NCBI GenBank assembly: GCA_029881435.1
Contig: JAOUMR010000005.1
Coordinates: 7,116-71,115, forward strand
Direction: 5' to 3'
Source of the DNA: Nitrospira sp.
Lineage (GTDB): Bacteria > Nitrospirota > Nitrospiria > Nitrospirales > Nitrospiraceae
DNA length: 64,000 bases
The position numbers were made by a program, and so were the translations under genes. Below, one piece after another: positions 36,439-46,302 of the stretch; position 1 is the stretch's first letter, and the number at the start of each line of letters is the position of its first letter. The notes under the pieces are model-generated. The model saw only the letters and a list, made by a program, of their open reading frames with translations, did not search any database and was not told the origin of the DNA.

Positions 36439-38181
36439 TCATGCCGACCTCTGGCGCAGCACTCCCGGCGATTGACCCAACCGATACGCATCATGGAGAT
36501 ACTGAGCCACCATACGTTGCGTATTGAAAAACGCTCCATTCAAGGCAATCGCATGCCGCATGATCTCGACAAACCGTTCATGCTCCTTATAAAAGCAGGG
36601 CATGACCTTCTCTTCCAGCTTTCGATAGAGTTCCACTGCGTGGCAATCATCCCTCCCAGACTGTGGCTCCAGGCAGGCCTCCACCCGATCACCGATCGAC
36701 CAGCCGGTCACACCTTCGAGATGGCCCTCGATCCACCAACCGTCCAACACGCTCAGGCTCGGCACACCATTCATGGCCGCTTTCATCCCACTCGTCCCCG
36801 ATGCCTCCAGCGGCGGCAACGGGGTATTGAGCCAGACATCTGCGCCGGCACAGAACATCTTGGCCACCTCCATGTCATAGTTGGTCAGATAGGCAACGTT
36901 GATGCTACCACCCAGCGCATCACGCATCTCATGGATGCGCGCGATAAGATCCTTGCCCTCTCGGTCGCGTGGATGCGCCTTGCCGGCAAAGACGATCTGG
37001 ATCGGCCCCGCTGATCGGACAATCTGCTTGAGCCGGTCGAGATCCTGAAAGATCAAACCAGCGCGTTTGTAGGCCGCAAACCGACGGGCGAATCCGATCG
37101 TCAGCACCTCGCGATCGAATCCCGCATTCGATTCTCGATTCACATACTCGACTAACGTGCGCTTGGCCTCCACATGGGCCGCCCAGATATCTGAGGTGGG
37201 GATACTGACGGCATAGCGGAGTGAAAGTTGATCGCACCGCCAATCCGGCAGATGGGTATCAAAGAGCCTCTGAAACGACGGAGCGGTCCACGTGACCGCG
37301 TGGACTCCGTTGGTGATGGAATGAATCGGGTAGCCGGGGAACAGGCTGTGCGAGATCTCCCCATGTTTCATCGCTACCCCGTTGACATACCGGGAACCCC
37401 GCAGAGCCAGTTGCGTCAGATTGAGCGTCTCCGCAGCACCGGAGGCCTTCAGTATGGCCCACCAGCGTTCGCCCAACACCTGGCGCGCGAGTGTCTCGGG
37501 AAACTTATCGTGCCCGGCCGGTACGGGGGTATGGGTCGTAAATACGCACTGCTCGCGAATGGTTTCGATCAGCTCGTGTGAAATCGAATCCGATTGGTTC
37601 TGCGCGGCCAGCTTCTCCTCGCCAAGCGCAAGGACGAGTAAGGCGGCGTGCCCCTCATTCATGTGAAACCGGCGGATGTCTTGGTATCCGAGAGCCCGCA
37701 AGAGTCGAAACCCTCCAACCCCCAGCACCATTTCCTGACATAAGCGATAATGGTCGTCGCCTCCATAGAGCACATCCGTCAGCTTCCGATCCCATGGCTG
37801 ATTCTCGCTCACATCGGTATCGAGCAGATACACCGAGACGACATGGCCGGACTCGCCCGTGACGCGGTATCTCCAGGCTCTGACATGGACCGTACGACCT
37901 TCGATGTCGACCGTGGCCTGCTCGTCGATCAGTTCCGCAAAATCATTGATCGGCCAGGCAACGGCTTCCTCACTTTGATGACCCTGCGCATCCAGCCGCT
38001 GGAAAAAGTATCCGCGCCGGTGGATCAACGACACCGCCACCATCGGCACCTCGAGATCCGCGGCGGAGCGAATCGTGTCGCCGGCGAGCACGCCGAGCCC
38101 TCCCGAATAGGTCGGCATCCCGGATTCCAGCCCAATCTCCATCGAGAAATAGGCAACGAGTGGCGATTCGACAGTGGGCAC
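36439..38181 (-). CDS. glgP: alpha-glucan (glycogen/maltodextrin) phosphorylase, GT35
   Basis: YFSMEIGL...PTYSGGLGVLAGD N-terminus and the EASGTSGMKAAMNG PLP-lysine region. GTG start with GGAAGGAG upstream. Confidence 0.9.
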   Translation of the reverse strand: MPTVESPLVAYFSMEIGLESGMPTYSGGLGVLAGDTIRSAADLEVPMVAVSLIHRRGYFFQRLDAQGHQSEEAVAWPINDFAELIDEQATVDIEGRTVHVRAWRYRVTGESGHVVSVYLLDTDVSENQPWDRKLTDVLYGGDDHYRLCQEMVLGVGGFRLLRALGYQDIRRFHMNEGHAALLVLALGEEKLAAQNQSDSISHELIETIREQCVFTTHTPVPAGHDKFPETLARQVLGERWWAILKASGAAETLNLTQLALRGSRYVNGVAMKHGEISHSLFPGYPIHSITNGVHAVTWTAPSFQRLFDTHLPDWRCDQLSLRYAVSIPTSDIWAAHVEAKRTLVEYVNRESNAGFDREVLTIGFARRFAAYKRAGLIFQDLDRLKQIVRSAGPIQIVFAGKAHPRDREGKDLIARIHEMRDALGGSINVAYLTNYDMEVAKMFCAGADVWLNTPLPPLEASGTSGMKAAMNGVPSLSVLDGWWIEGHLEGVTGWSIGDRVEACLEPQSGRDDCHAVELYRKLEEKVMPCFYKEHERFVEIMRHAIALNGAFFNTQRMVAQYLHDAYRLGQSPGVLRQRSA

Positions 38182-38196
38182 GGCAGTCTCCTTCCT

Positions 38197-40254
38197 CTAC
38201 TGCATCCTTCTCACAAGAACCACGATTGAACGAGGGCGCACCTCGTAGATCATTGACCGAAGCTGTTCTTCTTGCCCCCATTCACAAAATTCCTCTGGGC
38301 TTGCAAGGCTCGTATCGATCACCCGCCGCCAGTCCGACGCCTGACCTTCCTGAACGGTGAATGATAGATCCTCCCAGTAACCGTTGATCATTATGTAGAG
38401 ATCGTCGTCTTGCTGAGACGCACCCGAGAGATAAAAGGCCAGACTATGCGAGTCATGCGAGAGATCCACATCTGGTCCGACTCCGTACCAATGGACATCC
38501 TCGCGCCAGAAGCGGCTACGGCCAAGCGACGGATGAGCTTTCCGAAAGGCAATCATCCGTGTGAAAAATCGAAAGATGTCCTGGTTTCGTTGCAGCAGGT
38601 CCCAATTCAACCAGGTCGTCTCGTTGTCCTGGTTGTAAGGATTATTGTTCCCGCCCTGGGTATTCATGAACTCATCACCCGCGCAGAACATGGGAGTGCC
38701 ATTGGACAGGAATAGAAGGCAGCAGAAATTCTTGATCTGCCGCTTGCGCAAGGCCATGACATCAGCAGGCACGCCATGGTCGCCCTCGCATCCGCAGTTC
38801 CAACTATGGTTGTCATCTCGGCCGTCTTGATTCTGATGCCCATTGAGCCAATTATGTTTGTTGTTGTAGGCGACAAGATCGTAGAGGCTGAATCCGTCGT
38901 GGCAAGTGACGAAATTGACGCTTTGATAAGCGTGGTACGCATGCACGAGCTGGTCGGGGAAAAAGTCGTCGCTACCATATAGCCTGGTCATCAGCGATGG
39001 GACAGCCCCTCTATCGCCCCTCATGAACGAACGGACATCATCACGAAACTTGCCGTTCCACTGCAACCAGTTCAGGCCTGGGAAACTTCGGCCGAGTTGG
39101 TAGGAGGCGAGGTCCCAGGCTTCCGCGACGAGACGAATCTTTTTCAGCTCCGCGAGCCCGCTGATCTCAGCGATGATCGGCGGATCATCCAGATTGATGG
39201 AGCCATCCGTGTTTCGCGTAAACAGAGATGCCAGATCGAAGCGAAATCCGTCCACGTGCATCTCTTCCGTCCAATACAGCAAGCTCTCCACGATCGTCCG
39301 GCGTACATAGCGATTCGCCGTATGCACCACATTGCCGGTTCCCGTATCGTTCCGATACCAGCGCCGATCCTGCTCTAGCAGGTAGTAGGTCGTATTGTCG
39401 ATCCCTCGATACGAGTAGGTCGGGCCGTTCTGATTTCCCTCAGTGGTGTGGTTATAGGCCACATCGAGCCACACCTCGATATCGGCGGCATGCAGGGCCT
39501 TGACCATGGCACGAAACTCTTGGACCTGTTCACCCACCGCCGCATGACTGGCATATGTGTGATGTGGCGAAAAGAAATTGAGCGACATGTATCCCCAATA
39601 GTTCCCTTCCTGGGGATCGAATTGGTGGACCGGCAGCAGTTCGACGACCGTCACGCCAAGTTCCTTGAGGTAGGGAATCTTTTCAATCACCCCGGCAAAG
39701 GTCCCGCGCTTGTTTGGACTGACGCCGGAACTGGCTCTCATCGTTAATCCCTTTACATGCATCTCATAGATCACCGTCTCGTGCGTGTGACGCGGTGACC
39801 TGTCTTGCCCCCATTCGAATTGCCGTTGGTGGTGAAGCACGCCAAGTGGCGCACGACCCGCGTTCGAGCCTGATTCTCGAGCCGCCTCCCGATCAAACCC
39901 CTGAGGAAAGAAGACCCCCTTGGCGTAAGGATCGAGAAGAATCTTCTCTGGGTCAAAGCGCTGGCCTTCCGCTGGCTCAAACGGGCCCTCCACCTCATAG
40001 GCGTAATAGGCCGTGTCGCGTAGCTGTGATGCCGGGATCCGACAATGCCAGATTCGTCCAGACTTATTCGTCAGATAGTTAAGGTGGTATTGGTTTGCCG
40101 GCGTCACCACATCGTCCGCTGCATATAACAACAAGGTCACCCCTGTAGCATGTTTGGAGTAGAGCGCAAAATTGTATGCCTGCTCTTCTTCAACCCATGA
40201 CACGCCCAACGGAGAAGGAGAGCCTTCGCTCTCATCCCAACGACGCATACTCAT
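38197..40254 (-). CDS. glgX: glycogen debranching enzyme (isoamylase-type GH13)
   Basis: An N-terminal CBM48-like region (LGVSWVEEEQAYNFALYSKHATGVTLLLY), then GH13 regions DVAYNHT, HVDGFRFDLAS, LVAEAWD and FVTCHDGFSL. Confidence 0.9.
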   Translation of the reverse strand: MSMRRWDESEGSPSPLGVSWVEEEQAYNFALYSKHATGVTLLLYAADDVVTPANQYHLNYLTNKSGRIWHCRIPASQLRDTAYYAYEVEGPFEPAEGQRFDPEKILLDPYAKGVFFPQGFDREAARESGSNAGRAPLGVLHHQRQFEWGQDRSPRHTHETVIYEMHVKGLTMRASSGVSPNKRGTFAGVIEKIPYLKELGVTVVELLPVHQFDPQEGNYWGYMSLNFFSPHHTYASHAAVGEQVQEFRAMVKALHAADIEVWLDVAYNHTTEGNQNGPTYSYRGIDNTTYYLLEQDRRWYRNDTGTGNVVHTANRYVRRTIVESLLYWTEEMHVDGFRFDLASLFTRNTDGSINLDDPPIIAEISGLAELKKIRLVAEAWDLASYQLGRSFPGLNWLQWNGKFRDDVRSFMRGDRGAVPSLMTRLYGSDDFFPDQLVHAYHAYQSVNFVTCHDGFSLYDLVAYNNKHNWLNGHQNQDGRDDNHSWNCGCEGDHGVPADVMALRKRQIKNFCCLLFLSNGTPMFCAGDEFMNTQGGNNNPYNQDNETTWLNWDLLQRNQDIFRFFTRMIAFRKAHPSLGRSRFWREDVHWYGVGPDVDLSHDSHSLAFYLSGASQQDDDLYIMINGYWEDLSFTVQEGQASDWRRVIDTSLASPEEFCEWGQEEQLRSMIYEVRPRSIVVLVRRMQ

Positions 40255-40632
40255 AGTTATGATCTCTTTTTTGCTGTTGCGGTCATCGACCTTAGCCGTG
40301 TCTTCTCAAAGCGCCAAGTACAGTCCAATCGATCAGGCTGTCTGCCGTCGTGCCGATGAGAGACGCATGATCGTTCATATTTGGTCCGCCGAGCCACGAG
40401 AAACGACATGAGAGGACACACTCCCAACATCACGAAGTAGGCTGTTCCTGCCACCAGGTCAAACACGTCGACATACTGACGGAATGACAGAGCGCGAAGT
40501 AGAGCCCGGCGCCTTTTACAATCTGATCACTCTTTACTGGAACTGCCTCAGGAATTGCTCTGTGCTGAAGTCCACCACCCGCGAGTATCGTCTAGGCATC
40601 TCATGCTCTGGATGCGCTCTTCGTGCGCCGCA

Positions 40633-41793
40633 CTACACCACCCGCTGCTCCCTCAACCTCACCACCAACTCCTTTTTTGTAATCAGAATGGCCCCGAGTC
40701 CGGCCACCATCGTCAACATGGTGACCAGCCCCCCGACGAGTGGAATGACCGAAACAATGAAATAGCAGACGAGGCCTGTCACGAACGCCCATGCCATCGA
40801 CGGTGAATCCGATACCAATCCCAGCAGTCGTTGTCCAAGCCACAGCATGACGAACACGCGTCCCAGATACATGGTCACGAGATACATCGCGCCCAGCATC
40901 AGCCCGATCGGGATTCCCAGTACCGAAACCATGCATAGGAGAATCAGCAATGGAACGCCGAGCAACAACGCTCCGCCGACGCCGAGCACGACCCAGGGCT
41001 GTTCTTGAATTGTCGACGCGACCCTCGGCGTAAAGACAGGGTAGATGCGCAGGAGCAGCAGGCCGAGGATCAACGTCGACGCAACACTGACTGCTCCGGC
41101 CCCGAGCTTCATACCGGCGAAACCCCGTCGGAACTCCTCGCCCTTAAAAACTTCCGGGATCTCGTGCTTCGTCACCGTTCCCAAGACCGTCGCCCCTTCG
41201 TCGATTGAAGGTGCCTCGTCACTCCAATGTCTGAAATGCCCTCCGACCGAAGCTTTGGACGTGAGACGAATCGCCGCCGCCGCGACAGCCAGATCGCCAC
41301 CGATCTTGTTTGACAACGTGACGTTCCCTGCGCCGATCCTTGCGTCTCGATCAATCAGACCAGCTAGTTGCAAGTTTCCGGCTCCGACGAGCAGATTCCC
41401 TTCAATGTGCGCCGAATCGGTCAGATGAACGCTCCCCCCGCCCAATGTGGCGTTACGGTTAATCTGTCCGCTGATCGTGACGTTCCCTCCCGCGACTCGA
41501 GCGTCCTGAGCGACCTTGCCAGACAGCGTCACATCGCCGCCGGCCACGATCAGATCTCCGTCGACGACCCCGTCCACCAACACCTCGCCGCCTGCCGCAT
41601 AGACGTCTCCATGGACGGTCCCTGAGATCTCCACGTGCGGGCCGAAGGCAAAGTAATCACCCTGAATTTCCTGCCCGGCGCGCAAAACTACTCGCTCACG
41701 CCACTTGGCTTGTTCCGACGATTCCTCGGCCCAGGCGAGGGAGGGCAATGCAAGACAAGCGATCATCGCGAGAAGAATGTTCTTGGTTCCCAT
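40633..41793 (-). CDS. secreted beta-helix (bactofilin/polymer-forming-like repeat) protein with C-terminal multi-TM domain
   Basis: The likely start is MGTKNILLAMIACLALPSLAWA (signal peptide). About 170 residues carry degenerate repeats of the type GDVYAAGGEVLVDGVVDGDLIVAGGDVTLSGKV...ARVAGGNVTISGQI... A C-terminal block of 4-5 TM helices follows. The gene starts 60 nt downstream of the second ABC-2 permease gene. Confidence 0.65.
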   Translation of the reverse strand: MGTKNILLAMIACLALPSLAWAEESSEQAKWRERVVLRAGQEIQGDYFAFGPHVEISGTVHGDVYAAGGEVLVDGVVDGDLIVAGGDVTLSGKVAQDARVAGGNVTISGQINRNATLGGGSVHLTDSAHIEGNLLVGAGNLQLAGLIDRDARIGAGNVTLSNKIGGDLAVAAAAIRLTSKASVGGHFRHWSDEAPSIDEGATVLGTVTKHEIPEVFKGEEFRRGFAGMKLGAGAVSVASTLILGLLLLRIYPVFTPRVASTIQEQPWVVLGVGGALLLGVPLLILLCMVSVLGIPIGLMLGAMYLVTMYLGRVFVMLWLGQRLLGLVSDSPSMAWAFVTGLVCYFIVSVIPLVGGLVTMLTMVAGLGAILITKKELVVRLREQRVV

Positions 41794-41853
41794 CGGATCC
41801 TCCATCCCCGTCGGCATAGCAACTCCCATCCGCATTCGTGTTGTCGCGGCGAC

Positions 41854-43026
41854 CTACGCGAATTGCCTGCGAAACCGCCACATGCCGAGCCCGAACATCG
41901 TCCCGCCCAAGAGGGCCATCGCTAACACGGAATCCCACAGTAAATCGAGTCCAATCCCCTTGAGCAAGATTCCATACGTGATGTCGATATAGTAGCGAAG
42001 CGGAGAGAGTGCCATTAGAGTTTGGACCCACGAAGGCATGGCTCCAAACGGTGTTGTGATACCTGACAGCAATAACATCGGTGAGATTACCAGCAACGCG
42101 ACCATGCCAACCTGTGCCTGATTTTTCGTGATGGTGGCGGCGAACAGGCCGAGCCCGGCCGTCGTGAAACTGTAGAGCGCGGTCAGCAGCAAGAAGAGGA
42201 CCGCACTGCCTCTAATCGGTACGCCGAAGACTGGCTTGAGCACGCTCACCGTGGCGAGCACCGTGGCGGCAAGGATCACCAGCGTCATGGCCAGCACCTT
42301 CGACAGCATGATCTGAAGCGGCGTGACAGGGGAGACGAGCAACTGCTCCACAGTCCCATGCTCTTTTTCCCGCACCAGCGCCGCCGCTGGAAGCAGAAAG
42401 GCGAATAGCGTAATCATACGAAGGATATGGGAGATGGACTGGAACCACGTCTCGTCTTGATCCTGGTTGAACCAGACCCGATGGGCGCTGTCGACCATCG
42501 GCATCCGCATGTTGCCGTCCGAGGCGGCGCCGAGTCGAGACAGGGCAAGGTCAAAGGAAAATCTCCCCACAATACGGGCGGCATAGGCGGCCGCCGACAG
42601 TCCTTGCGGCGCATTGGTGGTATCGACCTGCAATTGGACCGACACCGGTTCACGCCCATGGATCGACTCATGAAACCGGGGTGGAATGTCCAACAGCACC
42701 ATTGCCGTTCCTTGGTCAAGCTGCCTCAACCCGTCATCCGGATCCTGTACTTCTCCGTCAAAGCGAAAATAGGGTTCGCGGAAACGATGGATCAGCTCTC
42801 GCGAAGATTCACTGTGGTCCCCGTCGTGGACCAACAGACTGGCATTGGTCAATTGCATTGCAATCCCCGCACCACTGACATACACCGAAAGGGAGAACGA
42901 ATAGATCAAGAACAGGAGCAAGGGAACGTCACGTCCCAGTTGCAGCAATTCTTTCCGTGTCATCGCGAACAGACGGACGACCCAGAGTCGGGCCGTCTCG
43001 GGAACTATGCCGACGCGGCTGATCAT
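41854..43026 (-). CDS. ABC-2 type transporter permease (YbhR/YbhS-like)
   Basis: The likely start is MISRVGIVPE... (43026). It has an N-terminal TM helix, a large periplasmic loop and 5 C-terminal TM helices, as in ABC-2 permeases. The longer ORF to 43368 overlaps the upstream gene. Confidence 0.85.
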   Translation of the reverse strand: MISRVGIVPETARLWVVRLFAMTRKELLQLGRDVPLLLFLIYSFSLSVYVSGAGIAMQLTNASLLVHDGDHSESSRELIHRFREPYFRFDGEVQDPDDGLRQLDQGTAMVLLDIPPRFHESIHGREPVSVQLQVDTTNAPQGLSAAAYAARIVGRFSFDLALSRLGAASDGNMRMPMVDSAHRVWFNQDQDETWFQSISHILRMITLFAFLLPAAALVREKEHGTVEQLLVSPVTPLQIMLSKVLAMTLVILAATVLATVSVLKPVFGVPIRGSAVLFLLLTALYSFTTAGLGLFAATITKNQAQVGMVALLVISPMLLLSGITTPFGAMPSWVQTLMALSPLRYYIDITYGILLKGIGLDLLWDSVLAMALLGGTMFGLGMWRFRRQFA

Positions 43027-43049
43027 GCGTATTCCCCCACACACCGGAC

Positions 43050-44204
43050 TCAGGCCTTCGGTCGTTTTGTAAAGAGGCTGTAGGCTATCACGCGGAACGC
43101 CACAGCAAAGCCGGCCAGCGCAAGCAGGTCCGTCCACATGTCCTTCAGGTCCAACCCTTTGAGAAAGCTTCCCCGCACCACATCCGTGTAGTACATGGCC
43201 GGAAACAAATGGGCCTGGATCTGAGCACCGGGACTCAACGACGACACCGGGACCAACAGGCCGGAAAACAGGATGGTCGGAACCATCGCAATGATAATCG
43301 TGATGATCAGCGCTGCCATTTGCGTCTTGACCAGGAGTGAAATGATGAGCCCGATTCCGGTGGTGCACAGGACAAAGAGCAGCGAAGCCGAGAAAAAGAC
43401 CGCGAAGCTTCCCTTGAACGGCACTCCAAAGAGCCAGACGGCGATCATCCAGAGCACGACGACATTGATCGTCGAGATGACAAAATAGGGAACAAGTTTA
43501 CCGACCAGAAACTCGACCTTGCTGACCGTAGCACTATAGATGTTGTAGATCGAACCGGTTTCCTTCTCCCGGACCACTCCCAAGGCCGTCAGCAGCGGAG
43601 ACGCCACCATCAAGGAGAACATGATCAAAGCCGGCACCATCGACCAGGTGTTCCGGACTTCCTCGTTGTAGAGATACCGTGTCTGGAGGGAAACAGGCTC
43701 CACGAGCCGACGCGCTTCTTCCGGTACGAGCCCTCTGGTGCGGGTCAAAAAATCGCTGAGCAGTTCTTGCGTGAAGGAATTGTTCACGGCGATCACATAG
43801 CCCTTCGTGGTATCCGCATACAGAGGGAAGGTTCCGTCCAGCAACGTTTGAACCGTGACGGGCCTCCCCGCCACAAGCTGTTCTTCGAATCGATCCGGCA
43901 CGATGATCGCCATGCGGATCGCCGTATCGCCCAGCAACCGATCGATCTCCCGCTCGTCGGAGACGGACCCTCGGTAGTCGAAATAGCGCGATTCGATGAA
44001 TCGGTAGAGGTAGTCCCGGCTCAAGGACGACTGGTCACGATCCAGCACCGCGAATGGGACATGCTCGACGTCCAGAACCAGACCGTACCCGAAGACCACC
44101 ATCCAGATCGGCGGCAGCAAAAAGGCCATGAGCAGGAACAGCCGGTCGCGGACCGTTTCCTTCCATTCCTTTGTCGCCACTGCGGCGATACGCCTCACGT
44201 TCAT
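43050..44204 (-). CDS. ABC-2 type transporter permease (YbhS/YbhR-like)
   Basis: The likely start is MNVRRIAAVATKEWKETVRDRLF (44204). This gives an ATGA overlap with the stop of the ATPase gene. The topology is the same as its neighbour. Confidence 0.85.
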   Translation of the reverse strand: MNVRRIAAVATKEWKETVRDRLFLLMAFLLPPIWMVVFGYGLVLDVEHVPFAVLDRDQSSLSRDYLYRFIESRYFDYRGSVSDEREIDRLLGDTAIRMAIIVPDRFEEQLVAGRPVTVQTLLDGTFPLYADTTKGYVIAVNNSFTQELLSDFLTRTRGLVPEEARRLVEPVSLQTRYLYNEEVRNTWSMVPALIMFSLMVASPLLTALGVVREKETGSIYNIYSATVSKVEFLVGKLVPYFVISTINVVVLWMIAVWLFGVPFKGSFAVFFSASLLFVLCTTGIGLIISLLVKTQMAALIITIIIAMVPTILFSGLLVPVSSLSPGAQIQAHLFPAMYYTDVVRGSFLKGLDLKDMWTDLLALAGFAVAFRVIAYSLFTKRPKA

Positions 44205-46201
44205 GCCGCTGCCTCTTGCTTGGCGGACATTTCTATACGTTCCAGCGCCATGACTCGGTAGACAAACACGTCTTCCAGACTCAGAGGCCGCTCGTTTACC
44301 GAGATCACCCGCACACCGCTGTCTTCCAGAGCTTGGCACGCACAGGCCTTGTCTCGGAGAGGATCACGACAAAAGACATGAAGTCTGGTTCCGAAGAGCG
44401 CCGCCCCGTGAAACCCCGCCTGCTGTAAACGCACCAACGCCTGACTCGGTTGATCGGTGATGACTTCAAACAATAGGCCCGCCTCCTGCTCGATGTGGCG
44501 CTTCATGTCTGCCGGAGACCCTTCCGCCACGATCCGGCCCGCATACATGAGGGCAAGGTTGTCGCAATGCTCGGCTTCACTCATGTAATGGGTGGTCACG
44601 AGCATCGCGACTCCTTCTTCTCGCGCCAGCCTCGACAGGATGTCCCAGAAATGCCGCCGGCCGATCGGGTCGACACCGGAGGTCGGTTCGTCCAGAAATA
44701 ATACCCGTGGGCTGTGGACCAACGCGCAGCCGAGCGCCAACCGTTGACGAACTCCCATCGGCAATCGGCTGGTCAGGCTGGACTCGTACCCCGATAGTCC
44801 CGCCATGGTGACGATCCATTGATACCGATTGATCATTGAACGCTTGTCGAGTCCATAGATCCCGGCGAAGAGCCTGATATTTTCCTCCACGGTTAAATCC
44901 AGATAGAGCGAAAAGGCCTGGGACATGTAGCCGATCCGTTGTTTGATCGTTCCACTCGCTGTTCGCATCTCCGCCCCTGCCACCAGACCGGTGCCTCCTG
45001 TCGGTAAAAGTATGCCGTTCAGCATCTTGATGACCGTCGTTTTGCCCGCTCCGTTGGCGCCCAACAAACCAAAGATCTCCCCTTGCTTGACCTGAAAACT
45101 AACCCTGTCCACCGCACGGAAGGATCCGAAATCGCGGATAAGTCCCTGCGCTTCAATCGCGAAACCATCGCGGTCGTGCCCCACTGCTGAAGCCGAAACT
45201 GAACTGAACGCCTCTTTCTGGTCGGTCTTTAGAAGGAGCAACGCCACGAACACATCTTCTAACTCCGGCTCATCCACCCTGAACGACGAATGAGTGAGGT
45301 CGCCCAAAGCGGCTTCGATCTGCGACGTGGCCTCAGACCGATCGATGCTGTCGACGAAGACATGCAGCAATGGACCCAACGATTCGACCTGCCTAAACGA
45401 CGCCTTCAGCCTGTCGATCGCTTCCAACTGAGGGGTCGCTTCAAATGTCACGATCGAGCCGGGAACCAGTGCCCGCACTTCCGTCGGCGTTCCAGAAACC
45501 AATACTTTGCCGCCCGAGAGAAAGGACAGCCGATGAAACCGTTCGGCCTCGTCCATGTAGGCCGTGGAGACCAAGGCCGTCATGCCATTTTCTTCGAGCA
45601 GTTCAGCCAAGATCGACCAAAAATCACGCCGCGAGACGGGATCGACGCCGGTCGTCGGCTCGTCAAGAATCGCCAGTTCCGGTTCATGGATGAGCGTGCA
45701 GATCAATCCAAGCTTCTGCTTCATTCCTCCCGAGAGATTTTTCATCGGGCGATCACGGAATCGGTCGAGCCTGGTCATGGCCAGCAGCCGGGCCTTACGC
45801 TCACCCACGTCTTTGTCAGGAACCAGGCGAAGATGTGCAAAGAAGTCGATGTTCTCTTCGATAGACAGTTCGGGATACAGATTCAACCCGAGTCCTTGCG
45901 GCAAGAAGCCGATCTTGGGCTTGATTCGTTCAGCAGCGCGCTCGGAGTCGACCCTGGTCCCGAACACTTCGACAGCGCCGCCGTCATAGGTCAACACGCC
46001 GGCGATCGCCTTCATGAGGCTGCTTTTCCCTGCCCCGTCTGGCCCAATCAGGCCATAGATCTCACCTTTCCGGATTTCAAGATCGACCCCGTTGACTGCC
46101 ACCTCTTTCTTGTACCGCTTCACAAAGTCAGACACGTTGACGACGGTGTCAAAGTGCAGAGGTTTGAGTGCTGGGTGCTGATGTGCGGGCTCCGTTTTCA
46201 T
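44201..46201 (-). CDS. ABC transporter ATP-binding protein with two fused ATPase cassettes (YbhF-like)
   Basis: Two Walker A motifs (GPDGAGKSS, GANGAGKTT), signature LSGGMKQK plus a degenerate LPMGVRQR, and two Walker B motifs (LAILDEPTTGVD, VLFLDEPTSGVD). The likely start is MKTEPAHQ at 46201 with GAGGAG upstream. Confidence 0.9.
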   Translation of the reverse strand: MKTEPAHQHPALKPLHFDTVVNVSDFVKRYKKEVAVNGVDLEIRKGEIYGLIGPDGAGKSSLMKAIAGVLTYDGGAVEVFGTRVDSERAAERIKPKIGFLPQGLGLNLYPELSIEENIDFFAHLRLVPDKDVGERKARLLAMTRLDRFRDRPMKNLSGGMKQKLGLICTLIHEPELAILDEPTTGVDPVSRRDFWSILAELLEENGMTALVSTAYMDEAERFHRLSFLSGGKVLVSGTPTEVRALVPGSIVTFEATPQLEAIDRLKASFRQVESLGPLLHVFVDSIDRSEATSQIEAALGDLTHSSFRVDEPELEDVFVALLLLKTDQKEAFSSVSASAVGHDRDGFAIEAQGLIRDFGSFRAVDRVSFQVKQGEIFGLLGANGAGKTTVIKMLNGILLPTGGTGLVAGAEMRTASGTIKQRIGYMSQAFSLYLDLTVEENIRLFAGIYGLDKRSMINRYQWIVTMAGLSGYESSLTSRLPMGVRQRLALGCALVHSPRVLFLDEPTSGVDPIGRRHFWDILSRLAREEGVAMLVTTHYMSEAEHCDNLALMYAGRIVAEGSPADMKRHIEQEAGLLFEVITDQPSQALVRLQQAGFHGAALFGTRLHVFCRDPLRDKACACQALEDSGVRVISVNERPLSLEDVFVYRVMALERIEMSAKQEAAA

Positions 46202-46302
46202 CTCCTCTGTTCTCACCCGGCTAGGGAGACTAGGGGACCTTTTACTGCGCGCATTGAGTGAGCACATTCTGATCGTGCGCGCTCAGCGAGCACAAAGGTT
46301 CC

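Noticed and set aside
35265-37014. 267-aa and 287-aa + ORFs opposite ackA and glgP
   Set aside because: Antisense shadows of well-supported genes.
40257-40466. 69-aa minus ORF and other protein-like fragments in the 378-nt gap after glgX
   Set aside because: No RBS or family. Two frames give short protein-like stretches (for example GGPNMNDHASLIGTTADSLIDWTVLGALRRHG), but nothing I can assign. It may be another decayed gene, but this is unsupported.
45290-46261. 323-aa + ORF
   Set aside because: Antisense shadow of the double-cassette ABC ATPase.
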